The notes beneath the pieces are model-generated. The model searched no databases, was not told where the DNA came from, and was given only the letters and a program-made list of their open reading frames with translations. Shown here in pieces: positions 31,101 through 40,001 of a stretch of 64,000 bases of DNA. The stretch's first letter is position 1; each line of letters begins with the position of its first letter. This DNA comes from a virus (lineage: Duplodnaviria; Caudoviricetes). The translations under genes were made by a program, and so were the position numbers. The DNA lies in the IMG/VR virus record IMGVR_UViG_3300025872_000041, positions 32,001-96,000 of that record; one strand, given 5' to 3'.

Positions 31101-33914
31101 AAAGCAGCGGAAGCAGCTGAATATGCTAAACGTGTAGGTAGTATTAGTCAGGGTAAAACTAAATCTGCTTATGAAAAAGCAAGAGAAGCTAGTTCATTAG
31201 TAGCACAAGCAGAACAACGTAAAGGTTCTGCTGATCCTTTAGACTATGTATTAGATATGGTTAATCCGGCTACGTATGGATTTGCCGGAGCTGATCTAAT
31301 AGGTAATACTGCAATGGGTGTAAACAACTTAGCTAAAGGTAATTTTAGTGAAGCTGCTGGTAATGCTTTTGATGCTGGTATGAATGCTTTGTATTTATTG
31401 CCTGCAAAAGGTGTTGCTAAAGCTATTGCAAGTCCTATGGCATTTAGACCTGTAGAAGGTATGATGTATAGAGGTCTTGGTAAAGAAGGTTTTAGAGATG
31501 CTATAGAGTCAGGTGTATTTAGACCTAAACAACTTAATTATTCTCCCGGTAGATCTCTTGCTGAAAAAGCTAACTCTCCAAAACAATTTAGTAGTACATA
31601 TTATGCACCAAGTAAAAAATTTGGAGTTGTAGAAAGATATGGTTCAGATTATGTAGCTGAAGTACCTTATAATGAAGCTGATTTTTTTAGAAGGTATAGT
31701 AAAAGAAATGATTGGAGTTATTCTACTCCAAGACAAATTCCTATTACTGAAGGAAGAATATTAAAGAAAGATTGGTTACTAGGATATAAACCAATAGATG
31801 TTTCTAATGCACAATCTTCTATGAATCTATCTAAAATGGATGGTAGCTATTTAGTTCGTGAACTTTTAGGAGAAGCAATTAAAGGTAATCAAAATAGAAA
31901 AGCAATTGCTGAAGGAAATGCTTGGTTAAAAAATTGGATTGATGATCCAATAACTCAAACTAAGATAGATACTGATTTAGGTTGGATTCCACAAAGAAGT
32001 AATATTTTAAAAGATAAATTTAGCTTAGGCTATGAACAAGCTAAATCATTTACACCTGTTTCAAAAGAATATCCTTTTTCAGAACAATTAAACGATTATT
32101 TTATTCGTGTTAAACCCCATATACATTCTGGTAATAGTGGTGTAAGTTATTTACACAGTAGAGATCCCTATTCAAGATCAATATCAGAACAATTTAATGA
32201 TCCTAGATTAAAAGCTAGTTGGATTAGTAGAAATCCTAGTATATCTAAACCAGTAAGAAGATCTACTACTGTTCATGAAGGAACTCATGACTGGACCTCT
32301 GATTTTTTATTGAGAGAATCAGGACAAATGGGTGACATAAGAAATTTATATTCAGATGATATTAGAAATCTCAGTGATCAATGGAAAAGTTTAAGAAATA
32401 GCGGTATTAATCCTTCTGAAGTAATGGGTCGTGAAAATGCTACTTTAGGTTATTTAGCAGATCCAACTGAAGTACATGCTAGAATTATGGAATTAAGGCA
32501 ACTTATGAAAATGACTCCGGAACAATCTGTAATGGTTACTCCTGAAAAAGCTGCTGATATAATAACAAAAGTACAAAACCCAAAAAATGCAAAATTTGTA
32601 GATCCTAGATTTCTTGATGTTATAGATAAAGATCCTAAAAAATTAGCAACTTTATTTAATAGACTATGGGCGGTTCCTGCTGTAGCTACAGCATCTCAAT
32701 TACTAGAACAAAAGAATGGTGGTTGGTTAGATACATATCAAGATGGTGGAGAGAATCTTCCAGAGTTAAATTCTAAAATAGATATTGCTAACTTCTATAA
32801 GAATCCTTTAAGTGAGAAGTATGGTATCTACCAGGATCCTACAGATAATACATACAAGTATTATTCAAAGTCTGCAGAGGAACCAAACATCCCATTAAAA
32901 ACATTTGATTTTACTAATCTGGGTAATATTGCAAGAAGAATTGATAAAAAGGAAATAACTACTCCACAACCAATTAAGTATAATTCTAAAATGATAGATT
33001 ATGCAGCTGATCAGGATTACTTAACAGCATTGGCTACTGAAGAATTTCCTATTATTCCACCATCTTTTAAAGATGTTTTAAGTAATATTCCTAAATTAGA
33101 AACAATAAATACTATTCCTAAACCTAAAGCGTTACCTAATAAACAACCTGCAGTCAATAACGCTTTTACATTTGATAGCAATTATTGGAATAGTGCTGAT
33201 GTACAAGCTGAGGTTTTTAATAGACAATTAAAAGATAATAAATGGTATGGTGAGTTTGATAAACGTGGTGATAATGTATTAAATAGAACTGATGTAAAAA
33301 GAAATTATGACTCTGAAGTTTTCTTACAGAATTTAGCAACTCCAAATTCTGTAGTTATAGATATTGGATCTGCTTTAGGTAACAATAATCCAAAACTTGC
33401 AGGGGTATCTGTATATGAATTAGCTTCTAATCCTAAAATAAAAAGTAAGAATATTAAAGTTATAGCAACAGATATTCCTTCAGAAGTAAAAGGATTTGAA
33501 GAATTAAAAAGACGCGGTAATAGTGTGTATCCTATTGATTATGCTCAAGTACCAGAAACATTTAATACTCCTGTAAGAGATATTTTAAAAGCTAAAAATC
33601 TAGAGAATGTTAAAGATGTATATCTTAGAGCTGCTAATAGTATAGATTTGCTTATGAATGTACAGGAAACTAGTGAACATTTTAAACATATAAGTAGTAC
33701 TTTAAAAGATAAAAACGTAACTTACTTATATAACAATACCATATTATATAAACCAGCTGGTTCTACTAAATTTAAAAAATTAGGTAATTTAAATAATAGT
33801 GCTTTTGATCATAGATCACCAAGTTGGAAAAATAATCCTAATAGAAATCATTATACACTCTTACCAACTAATAAAACCGGTGGTGAAACGGGTTGGCTTA
33901 ATAAATACAAATAA
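28110..33914 (+). CDS. Modular (polyvalent) putative virion cargo polyprotein with GGWLxxYQxGG linkers
   Basis: Five GG(ETG)WLxxY linkers plus QFGG and GKGG separate unrelated modules, including a zincin HEGTH, an ART-like YRG segment and a methyltransferase-like DIGSALG segment. Confidence 0.75.
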   Translation: MAKKKPIVSPLGQWAYPGEVTIIPSSNITMKGVNYPVLGVDDLGNSQMMMPGQDYNFAGQYVTEYPQMQFGGMSKRKIDKILNQNKDLNFVQRMYQSNTPSIIIPGQKYPSTHFMESSDGRVYPTVVQMPDGSLQYLGDNAYDYANQTGQYIEFPNDRQARRFAKSYKKGTGVLQEFGKGGLRQWFAEEWTDVKTGKPCGRSGDEKGSRPYPACRPKKRVNETTPKTTSEMSSAEKAKFKREKTSGKRIDYNHKRRQDGGETGWLDEYQTGGSEQNPERMQGIDIKRKKKNVSDSPRYQYDDKGNLLYTPELSIWPYASDGSSRDEFLVNPKLSVQNLNPTLEEFINVASPYYPIDNKLVTDPKINLQSSNYQRSLEQEYVLPQIVGKSFGNLPIVKDDGYSPNRRWVSNLRAKDTGAKFGKDSYAYVLKTNPNNLVDYSTKKAIEAAVSSNDEDFYDYLAKNNYSPNMVQQLEKNRPDQIWNRAEQMRVEMRNNPEIMSWANLHNVDLGYKEKGKGDDSFASKIPESIYANRLVRAGLPTNRPDYEYKPMETYIVQDPSKFDLAGYFPMGSIVKDAEQKVLNKKIPGKLKREYIYSNSPEYFEKEAYIKDEMARRMGINPSAFDSGEYLIHYNQSPITEYTPGKKYGGWLEEYQRGGTLPPIYTSNPRKVQFYQDSLNLYNKYQPSFDKYKNWTRLNNIQTASLQGNDLFNQHWGPFKPKGPSPYNEHIVIKPVEEMMHHYLRPRGGPGNFTHLTERPGNNYLETKLSDYLTPNSRETRLWHAVDNNGRYLPLGVGITPSQKRSNDARRSRTWPVSVTKKDFLDLGLTGVTPDLNSVFRFKKPVQPYILTNPEITPKVVEPVSVVEPPKPSLFVSNIDRDMYTPGGGMAREYNIGVTLQDGNRKSFRTEKEFQDWKAANNLDISKAKVTEGRGYSYDYPENKKYGGWLNKYQTGGWAGWTPNVGKPYMRTSPAGNAGYTDNTRVVNQNTNVSAENRKAAEAAEYAKRVGSISQGKTKSAYEKAREASSLVAQAEQRKGSADPLDYVLDMVNPATYGFAGADLIGNTAMGVNNLAKGNFSEAAGNAFDAGMNALYLLPAKGVAKAIASPMAFRPVEGMMYRGLGKEGFRDAIESGVFRPKQLNYSPGRSLAEKANSPKQFSSTYYAPSKKFGVVERYGSDYVAEVPYNEADFFRRYSKRNDWSYSTPRQIPITEGRILKKDWLLGYKPIDVSNAQSSMNLSKMDGSYLVRELLGEAIKGNQNRKAIAEGNAWLKNWIDDPITQTKIDTDLGWIPQRSNILKDKFSLGYEQAKSFTPVSKEYPFSEQLNDYFIRVKPHIHSGNSGVSYLHSRDPYSRSISEQFNDPRLKASWISRNPSISKPVRRSTTVHEGTHDWTSDFLLRESGQMGDIRNLYSDDIRNLSDQWKSLRNSGINPSEVMGRENATLGYLADPTEVHARIMELRQLMKMTPEQSVMVTPEKAADIITKVQNPKNAKFVDPRFLDVIDKDPKKLATLFNRLWAVPAVATASQLLEQKNGGWLDTYQDGGENLPELNSKIDIANFYKNPLSEKYGIYQDPTDNTYKYYSKSAEEPNIPLKTFDFTNLGNIARRIDKKEITTPQPIKYNSKMIDYAADQDYLTALATEEFPIIPPSFKDVLSNIPKLETINTIPKPKALPNKQPAVNNAFTFDSNYWNSADVQAEVFNRQLKDNKWYGEFDKRGDNVLNRTDVKRNYDSEVFLQNLATPNSVVIDIGSALGNNNPKLAGVSVYELASNPKIKSKNIKVIATDIPSEVKGFEELKRRGNSVYPIDYAQVPETFNTPVRDILKAKNLENVKDVYLRAANSIDLLMNVQETSEHFKHISSTLKDKNVTYLYNNTILYKPAGSTKFKKLGNLNNSAFDHRSPSWKNNPNRNHYTLLPTNKTGGETGWLNKYK

Positions 33915-33919
33915 CTAAA

Positions 33920-36436
33920 ATGAAAGATAAATTTTTACAAATGGCTGGTGTTAATTCTGAGGAAGAATTCTATTCTATGTTTCCTACAGAAGAAGCATTC
34001 TTTCAAGCTTATCCTGAAGCCAGAGAAATGAAAAAGGGTGGTAATGTACCCACTAATCCAGAACTATATTCTCGTGTTAAATCTGAGGCTAAATCTAAAT
34101 TTGATAGATGGCCTTCAGCTTATGGTTCTGCATGGCTTGTTAAGACTTACAAGAGCCGTGGTGGTGGATATAGAAAAGCTCAAACCGGTGGTGCTATGGG
34201 ACAAGAAATGTTTCAGTATCCTAACTATGAATCTCTTGGTAGCTACTTTGATAAAGTAAATGAGTATAATAAAAATAATATTCAAGAGCCTGTTGGTGAT
34301 TTCTTAAAAAATACTGCAATGGCTATAGGTCAAGGAATGGATAATGGTGAAGGAAATGGTGAAGATAAAATGAAAATGGCTAATCTTGCTATGAATTTTA
34401 TGGGTATGCCAGCTATGGGTATGGGTGGTGTAGGTATGATGATGCGTGATAACTATTATGATGAAGGTGGTGAAATGGCAATGGGTCAGATAATGGCTAT
34501 GAATGATAAGATTGCTAGATTACAAAACTTTATTAATGCTGAGTCAGAAGTTGAACCCTGGGTAGCTAGTAAATTAACTTTAGCTGATGATTATATTTCT
34601 TCTGTTGCTGATTACATGCAATTTAATGAGGGTTCTCAAGAAGAAGGAGAGGAAGAAGAGGAAGACATTGACATGAACATGGGTGAGATGGAAGAGATGA
34701 AGATGGGTGGTATTCCTCAGCGTTATAAGAACCGGGGATTTACTAAAGTAGGTGCTAAAAGAAAATCTGATAGAGCTGGTAAGAAATGGATGGTATTAGC
34801 TAAGAAAGGTGACAAGTATAAAATTGTACATGGTGGTTACACTGGTATGAAAGATTTTAGTCAACATGGTTCTGAGAAGCGTAAAGATAATTTCTGGAAT
34901 AGAATGGGTGGTAAGAACTCAGCTAAGGCTACAGATCCATTCTCTCCTTTATACTGGCACAAGCGTTTTGGTACTTGGGCTAAAGGTGGTGAAATGATGC
35001 CTCCTGAGATTGCACGTGCACGTTTTGCAGCTGCCGGTAACTTAGATAAATTAGATGATTATGGTTATGCTATGGGTGGATATATTCCTGAAATGGCTGC
35101 TGGTGGTTGGGCACAACAAGCTGCTATTGCCATTGCAATGAAAAAAGCTGGTAAGAAACCTAAGTCTGCAAAAGGTGGTGAACCACAAAATGCTGGCTTC
35201 CAAGCATTACCTCCTTATGTACAAGCTAAGATCTTATCTAATATGGCAGAAGGAGGAACTTATGGTTCTGCTCCTATTAATACATTCATGTCTCCTGGTA
35301 TTGATAATGATCCTAGGTTTGAACAATATTATAATCAACAGATACAACAATTTAATAAAGCTGGTGTAAAACAAGTACCATCACGTAATGATATTTATTC
35401 TTACTATCAGTCTTCTAATCCTCAATCAGCCGTAGATCAAACAGGACGTATGATTTTTAATTCTGCACCAGGAACTATTTCTAGCTCAACTACATTTACA
35501 CAAGCTGTAGATCCTAAAACAGGTAAAGTATTAAATCAAGGTTCTAACTTAGAAAAGGCTGCATTTGATCAACAAGCTCGTAGATTTCAAGAAGGTGGTC
35601 CTGCTTTAACAGAAGAGCAAAAAGCTGCGGCTGCTGAAGCTGCTGCTAAGAAAAAGAAACGTAATGATACTATGACTGGTATTGGTTTAGGTATTGGAAC
35701 TGCTGCTGGTGTTATTGCTTCTGAAATCAGAGCTGCTCGTAAGCAGAGAGGTTATGAAGAGTTTATGAATTCTAATGATCCAAGACTTGGTACTGGTCAA
35801 ACTCCATCAAATAAAGAACTTCGTAAAATGGGTAGAAGAATGTATGGTGGTGATATAGATATGTATGGTGGTCAAATGGATATGGATGCTATGTATAATA
35901 TGATGAAGGGTGGTTCTACATTTAGTGGAAATGCATGGTATGGTAAAGGTGGACAACCTTGTTATGAATGTGGTGGTAATGTATATCAAGAAGGTGGACA
36001 ACAAGATGAGGTTATGCAAGCTATTCAGATGTATGCTGAGATGACTCAAACGGATCCTGAGCAACTTATGGCAGAACTACAATCTTTACCTCCTTTGGAG
36101 CAACAAGAGGTTATTCAAAAGATTATGCAAGCTATTCAAGAAGCACAAACTGGTCAAATGAAGAACGGTGGTATCTATATTAATCCAGCTAACAAAGGTA
36201 AGTTTACTGAGTCAGCTAATAGAGCCGGTATGGGTGTGCAAGAGTTTGCTAGAAAGGTACTTGCAAATAAAGAGGACTATAGTGCAACACAAGTAAAAAG
36301 AGCTAACTTTGCTAGAAACGCTGCTAATTGGAAGAAACAATTTGGCGGCATGACTCAAGGTGCAGAATTAGAATTACATCCTGATGAGATTCAAGCATTG
36401 ATTGATCAGGGTTATGGTATTGAGTATTTAGATTAA
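33920..36436 (+). CDS. Met/Gly-rich polyprotein of short modules separated by xxxGG motifs
   Basis: About 16 motifs (MKKGG, AQTGG, YDEGG, MKMGG, WAKGG, YAMGG, MAAGG, SAKGG, MAEGG, FQEGG, MYGG x2, YQEGG, MKNGG, KQFGG and others). Confidence 0.75.
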   Translation: MKDKFLQMAGVNSEEEFYSMFPTEEAFFQAYPEAREMKKGGNVPTNPELYSRVKSEAKSKFDRWPSAYGSAWLVKTYKSRGGGYRKAQTGGAMGQEMFQYPNYESLGSYFDKVNEYNKNNIQEPVGDFLKNTAMAIGQGMDNGEGNGEDKMKMANLAMNFMGMPAMGMGGVGMMMRDNYYDEGGEMAMGQIMAMNDKIARLQNFINAESEVEPWVASKLTLADDYISSVADYMQFNEGSQEEGEEEEEDIDMNMGEMEEMKMGGIPQRYKNRGFTKVGAKRKSDRAGKKWMVLAKKGDKYKIVHGGYTGMKDFSQHGSEKRKDNFWNRMGGKNSAKATDPFSPLYWHKRFGTWAKGGEMMPPEIARARFAAAGNLDKLDDYGYAMGGYIPEMAAGGWAQQAAIAIAMKKAGKKPKSAKGGEPQNAGFQALPPYVQAKILSNMAEGGTYGSAPINTFMSPGIDNDPRFEQYYNQQIQQFNKAGVKQVPSRNDIYSYYQSSNPQSAVDQTGRMIFNSAPGTISSSTTFTQAVDPKTGKVLNQGSNLEKAAFDQQARRFQEGGPALTEEQKAAAAEAAAKKKKRNDTMTGIGLGIGTAAGVIASEIRAARKQRGYEEFMNSNDPRLGTGQTPSNKELRKMGRRMYGGDIDMYGGQMDMDAMYNMMKGGSTFSGNAWYGKGGQPCYECGGNVYQEGGQQDEVMQAIQMYAEMTQTDPEQLMAELQSLPPLEQQEVIQKIMQAIQEAQTGQMKNGGIYINPANKGKFTESANRAGMGVQEFARKVLANKEDYSATQVKRANFARNAANWKKQFGGMTQGAELELHPDEIQALIDQGYGIEYLD

Positions 36437-36440
36437 TACA

Positions 36441-39400
36441 ATGAAAAAGAAAGTAAGGGTTAAGAGCTTACCTAAAGCTCAAACTGGTATGCAACCACCT
36501 ATGGTTTTAACACCAGAGCAGAAAACCATATGGTTAAAAAATCAAGGTATGTTTGGTACTCCAACTACTTTTGAAAATCCATTTGAATTAAGCAATCCTA
36601 GTTTTATTTATAATACTAAAAAACCTGCTACATCTGGTGAGTTTGTAAAATCTCCGGGTATGGGTCCTATTGGTGCAGATGATTATTATGCAAACTTAGC
36701 CCAACAGAATATTGCTGCTCCAGCAGGTACCAGATTTGATAAAGACTTTGGTTATGCTCCGGGTACTGCAATGCCTTCTGATTTTGTTAAAAAACCTAAA
36801 GAAAAAGGTAATCCTTATGTTGGTCCTATGCTATTAGCAGGAACGGATATATTCCGTGGTTTAGCAAATCAAATAGATAATAGATTTGCAAAGCGTGATT
36901 TAAGAGATCAATTTTTATCAGATAATTTAACATACGCAAGAGAGGAGAGTAACTCTGGTAATAGAGGTGACTATAACTTTAATGAATTTGGTTTTGGTCC
37001 TAGTTTTAGGCCAGATGATTATATAAAAGGTGATTACAATAAAATTGCCCAAATGGGTGGAGAAATGAAAAGAAAAGTAAAAATTACAAGTTTACCACAA
37101 GCTGGATATGGTGGTAGTCAGAATCAAAATGCAGTTAACCAGTTATATGGTAACTCAGCTTATATGGTTAATAAGTTTTCTGGAGCAGAACAAAAAGAAC
37201 CAGAAGCTGATTATAATCAGACACTAGGTCCTGATCCTAGATCTATCTCTGTACTAGAAGCAGAGAAAGGAGAGACATTAATACGTAAAGGTACTAATAC
37301 TGCAATTCCTGAATTCTTTAAGATTGGTGGTAAGCGTCACTCTCAAGGTGGTACACCTTTATCTGGAGAAAAAGCTACTCCAGATAGTTTTATTTATTCG
37401 GATACTAAATCTATGAAGATTAAAGATCCTGCTATCTTAGAATCTTTTGGTTTTGCTGCTAAGAAAGGTGGTTATACCCCAGCTAAAATTTCTAAGAAGT
37501 TTGATCTTAATAATAAAGAATTGCGTGAAGGTTTATATTCTGATAGTGATCCATTACGTAAAAAGACATCTGTTATGATGGCTGATAATTATATTTCTAA
37601 CTTAGGTAAGTTAGCTCTTGTACAAGAATCACAGAAAGGATTTCCTCAAGGTGTTCCACAGATTGCTATGCCGTACATGAATAAAGTAGGATTAGATCCT
37701 GCACAGTTCTTACCACCATCTCCTGAACAAGGTATGATGATGGCTATGTATGGTGGTATTCCTAAAGCTCAAATTGGACAGAGTGTTGATCCAACCGGTA
37801 TGTCTAATGTTCCTGTAAATAACTTACCTCAGTATGAAATTGATTTGTTAAAATTTAAACAAAGAGCTCTTGATCAAAATCAACAATTACCATCTACTCA
37901 AGAATATATGAAGGCACGTGAACAATATAATCGTGCTAAGATGGAAAACTCTAGTATCTTTAATCCATTTAATTGGGATGATTATATTAACTATGGTCTT
38001 ACCGGTCAGTTTGAAAATATGGGTGATTCTTATTCTAAATATAATGGTGAAGGTCCTATGACTACTACTATTAGATATGGTACTGATCCTGTATTTATGG
38101 CAAGTGCAGCAGCTCCAGTTGGAAAGGTATTAGGTGCTGTTGGTAAAAGATTAGGAACAATAGGAGCAGGATCACCAGCTATTGATTTTTTAAAAACTGC
38201 ATCAGTTCCAGATATATTAGAAGCTAGTGGTATAGCATTAAAAGATATACCTAGTAATTTAACTTCTATTGCTGATGTAACAATACCAATTATTCAAAAA
38301 TTAGCAGCTCCTGGTGCTTTAGCATTTCTTATTTCATCAGCTAATAATAATGAACAATTAACTAATGAACAACAAGTAGCTTTATTAAAAAGACTAGATA
38401 CCGCAGCAGTAAATGAATTAATGGAATCTCCTGTTGCTTCTAAAATTTCTAGCGATACTTTAATAGAAGCAAGTAAAGAAAATCCTAATATTGATGTTGC
38501 TAAAATACCAGAAGTAACTATTAAAGCTAAAACTAAAGGTGATACAACTAAATCTAGTACAGGATATACTGCACCAGACGGATCTAAGGTTGTATTTGAA
38601 TATGGTGGTGAATCATTATATCAAGCTGGTGGAGAAAAAGGAACATTTTTAGCAAAACATACTGATGCTTCAGGAAAAGAATATAGTTCTTATTTGAAAG
38701 GTGATAAAGTTGTATTAGTAGATAGTAATAATGAAGTAGTTAGTACTAGACCCGCTACAGAAAAAGATAAACCAGCTATTCAAACTTACGATACAGAAGA
38801 AGAAAAACTTTTAAAGAGTATTGCTCCAAATGTTATTCTACCCAAAGATTATGTAGAAGGAAATCAACCAGGTAAAGTTGCAAAAATTCCTGGAACCTTT
38901 GGAAGATTTGATAAAGCTAGTGCAGATAAAAACTGGTCATGGTATAATAAACCTATAGATTGGACAAATCAATCACAGGTTGGTGCAGCTCAATTAGCAT
39001 ATAATAGAGAGATGACCAACCGATTTATAAAAGCTGGTTATACTCCTGAAGAAGCTGCAAGGTATGTTAAAACAATTGGTTTTGATGAAACTAAAAAATC
39101 AGGTGTTCCAAATGCTTATGATGAAAAAGCTGGTAAATATGTTGAAACAAGAGTTGTATTTGATGTTCCACAAAAACCAAAAAAACCAGATACTCCCAGA
39201 GATCCTCTTGATCCAGGTGAATTAATTCCTCCACCAATTCCAAGAAGACCTATTGGTTTTTATCCTCAAGATGTATTAAATACTGCAGCTGCTGTTGGTG
39301 ATTTAGCAAGTATTAATAGATACTATCCTAGAATGGCACAATTTACTGCTGAACCTATGGAGCCTACATTTTATGATCCTAATAGAGAGTTAGCTGCTAA

Positions 39401-40001
39401 TGCTGAGATGGCTAATATTGCTGCAGCTAATTTAGCGCAGTTTACTGGACCACAAGCTTTCAATACAAGATTCTCTGAGGTACAAGGTAAAGGTTTAGCC
39501 AATGCTGCTAATATCTTAGGTAGATATAATAACTTAAACGTTGGTGTAGCTAATCAGTTTGAACAAGCTAACAAGCAATTAATCAATGAAGCTAACTTTA
39601 GAAATCAGTTAGCCGCTAATGACTTCTACGATAAGACAGTTACTACTAATCAGCAATATGATAATGCTAGAAGAGCTGGTAGAAGAGAGGCTGTAGATTA
39701 TGTAAATGCTGCATTAGAAAATAGATTTATTACAGATCAAATGAATAGTCTATATCCTAATTTCTTTGTTGATCCAGCAGCTCTTAAAACTTATTATACT
39801 CCAGGTAGAAAAATTACAGCTTCACAAAAGGCTAAAGATTTAAAACAGTATTTTCTTGATATGGGTATTGATACTACTAATCCTACAGTTCAAGCTGCTA
39901 TGGTTAGAGGTATTATGGGTGATGTAGATGTAGATGAGCGTGGTAATATCTTAGCAGCACAATCTGCAATGTCTAACAGAAGAAAAACTAAGGGCTCTTA
40001 A
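36441..40001 (+). CDS. Putative virion cargo/ejection protein
   Basis: LEAEKGE...GGKRHSQGGTPL motif, further xxxGG linkers, and an Asn/Gln/Ala-rich helical C-terminus; lies between the muzzle and RNAP genes. Confidence 0.65.
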   Translation: MKKKVRVKSLPKAQTGMQPPMVLTPEQKTIWLKNQGMFGTPTTFENPFELSNPSFIYNTKKPATSGEFVKSPGMGPIGADDYYANLAQQNIAAPAGTRFDKDFGYAPGTAMPSDFVKKPKEKGNPYVGPMLLAGTDIFRGLANQIDNRFAKRDLRDQFLSDNLTYAREESNSGNRGDYNFNEFGFGPSFRPDDYIKGDYNKIAQMGGEMKRKVKITSLPQAGYGGSQNQNAVNQLYGNSAYMVNKFSGAEQKEPEADYNQTLGPDPRSISVLEAEKGETLIRKGTNTAIPEFFKIGGKRHSQGGTPLSGEKATPDSFIYSDTKSMKIKDPAILESFGFAAKKGGYTPAKISKKFDLNNKELREGLYSDSDPLRKKTSVMMADNYISNLGKLALVQESQKGFPQGVPQIAMPYMNKVGLDPAQFLPPSPEQGMMMAMYGGIPKAQIGQSVDPTGMSNVPVNNLPQYEIDLLKFKQRALDQNQQLPSTQEYMKAREQYNRAKMENSSIFNPFNWDDYINYGLTGQFENMGDSYSKYNGEGPMTTTIRYGTDPVFMASAAAPVGKVLGAVGKRLGTIGAGSPAIDFLKTASVPDILEASGIALKDIPSNLTSIADVTIPIIQKLAAPGALAFLISSANNNEQLTNEQQVALLKRLDTAAVNELMESPVASKISSDTLIEASKENPNIDVAKIPEVTIKAKTKGDTTKSSTGYTAPDGSKVVFEYGGESLYQAGGEKGTFLAKHTDASGKEYSSYLKGDKVVLVDSNNEVVSTRPATEKDKPAIQTYDTEEEKLLKSIAPNVILPKDYVEGNQPGKVAKIPGTFGRFDKASADKNWSWYNKPIDWTNQSQVGAAQLAYNREMTNRFIKAGYTPEEAARYVKTIGFDETKKSGVPNAYDEKAGKYVETRVVFDVPQKPKKPDTPRDPLDPGELIPPPIPRRPIGFYPQDVLNTAAAVGDLASINRYYPRMAQFTAEPMEPTFYDPNRELAANAEMANIAAANLAQFTGPQAFNTRFSEVQGKGLANAANILGRYNNLNVGVANQFEQANKQLINEANFRNQLAANDFYDKTVTTNQQYDNARRAGRREAVDYVNAALENRFITDQMNSLYPNFFVDPAALKTYYTPGRKITASQKAKDLKQYFLDMGIDTTNPTVQAAMVRGIMGDVDVDERGNILAAQSAMSNRRKTKGS

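Noticed and set aside
28875-36349. CRISPR array or mini-array
   Set aside because: The repeats are in-frame, degenerate at third codon positions and irregularly spaced; no cas genes are present. The PD-(D/E)XK domain is embedded in a cargo protein.
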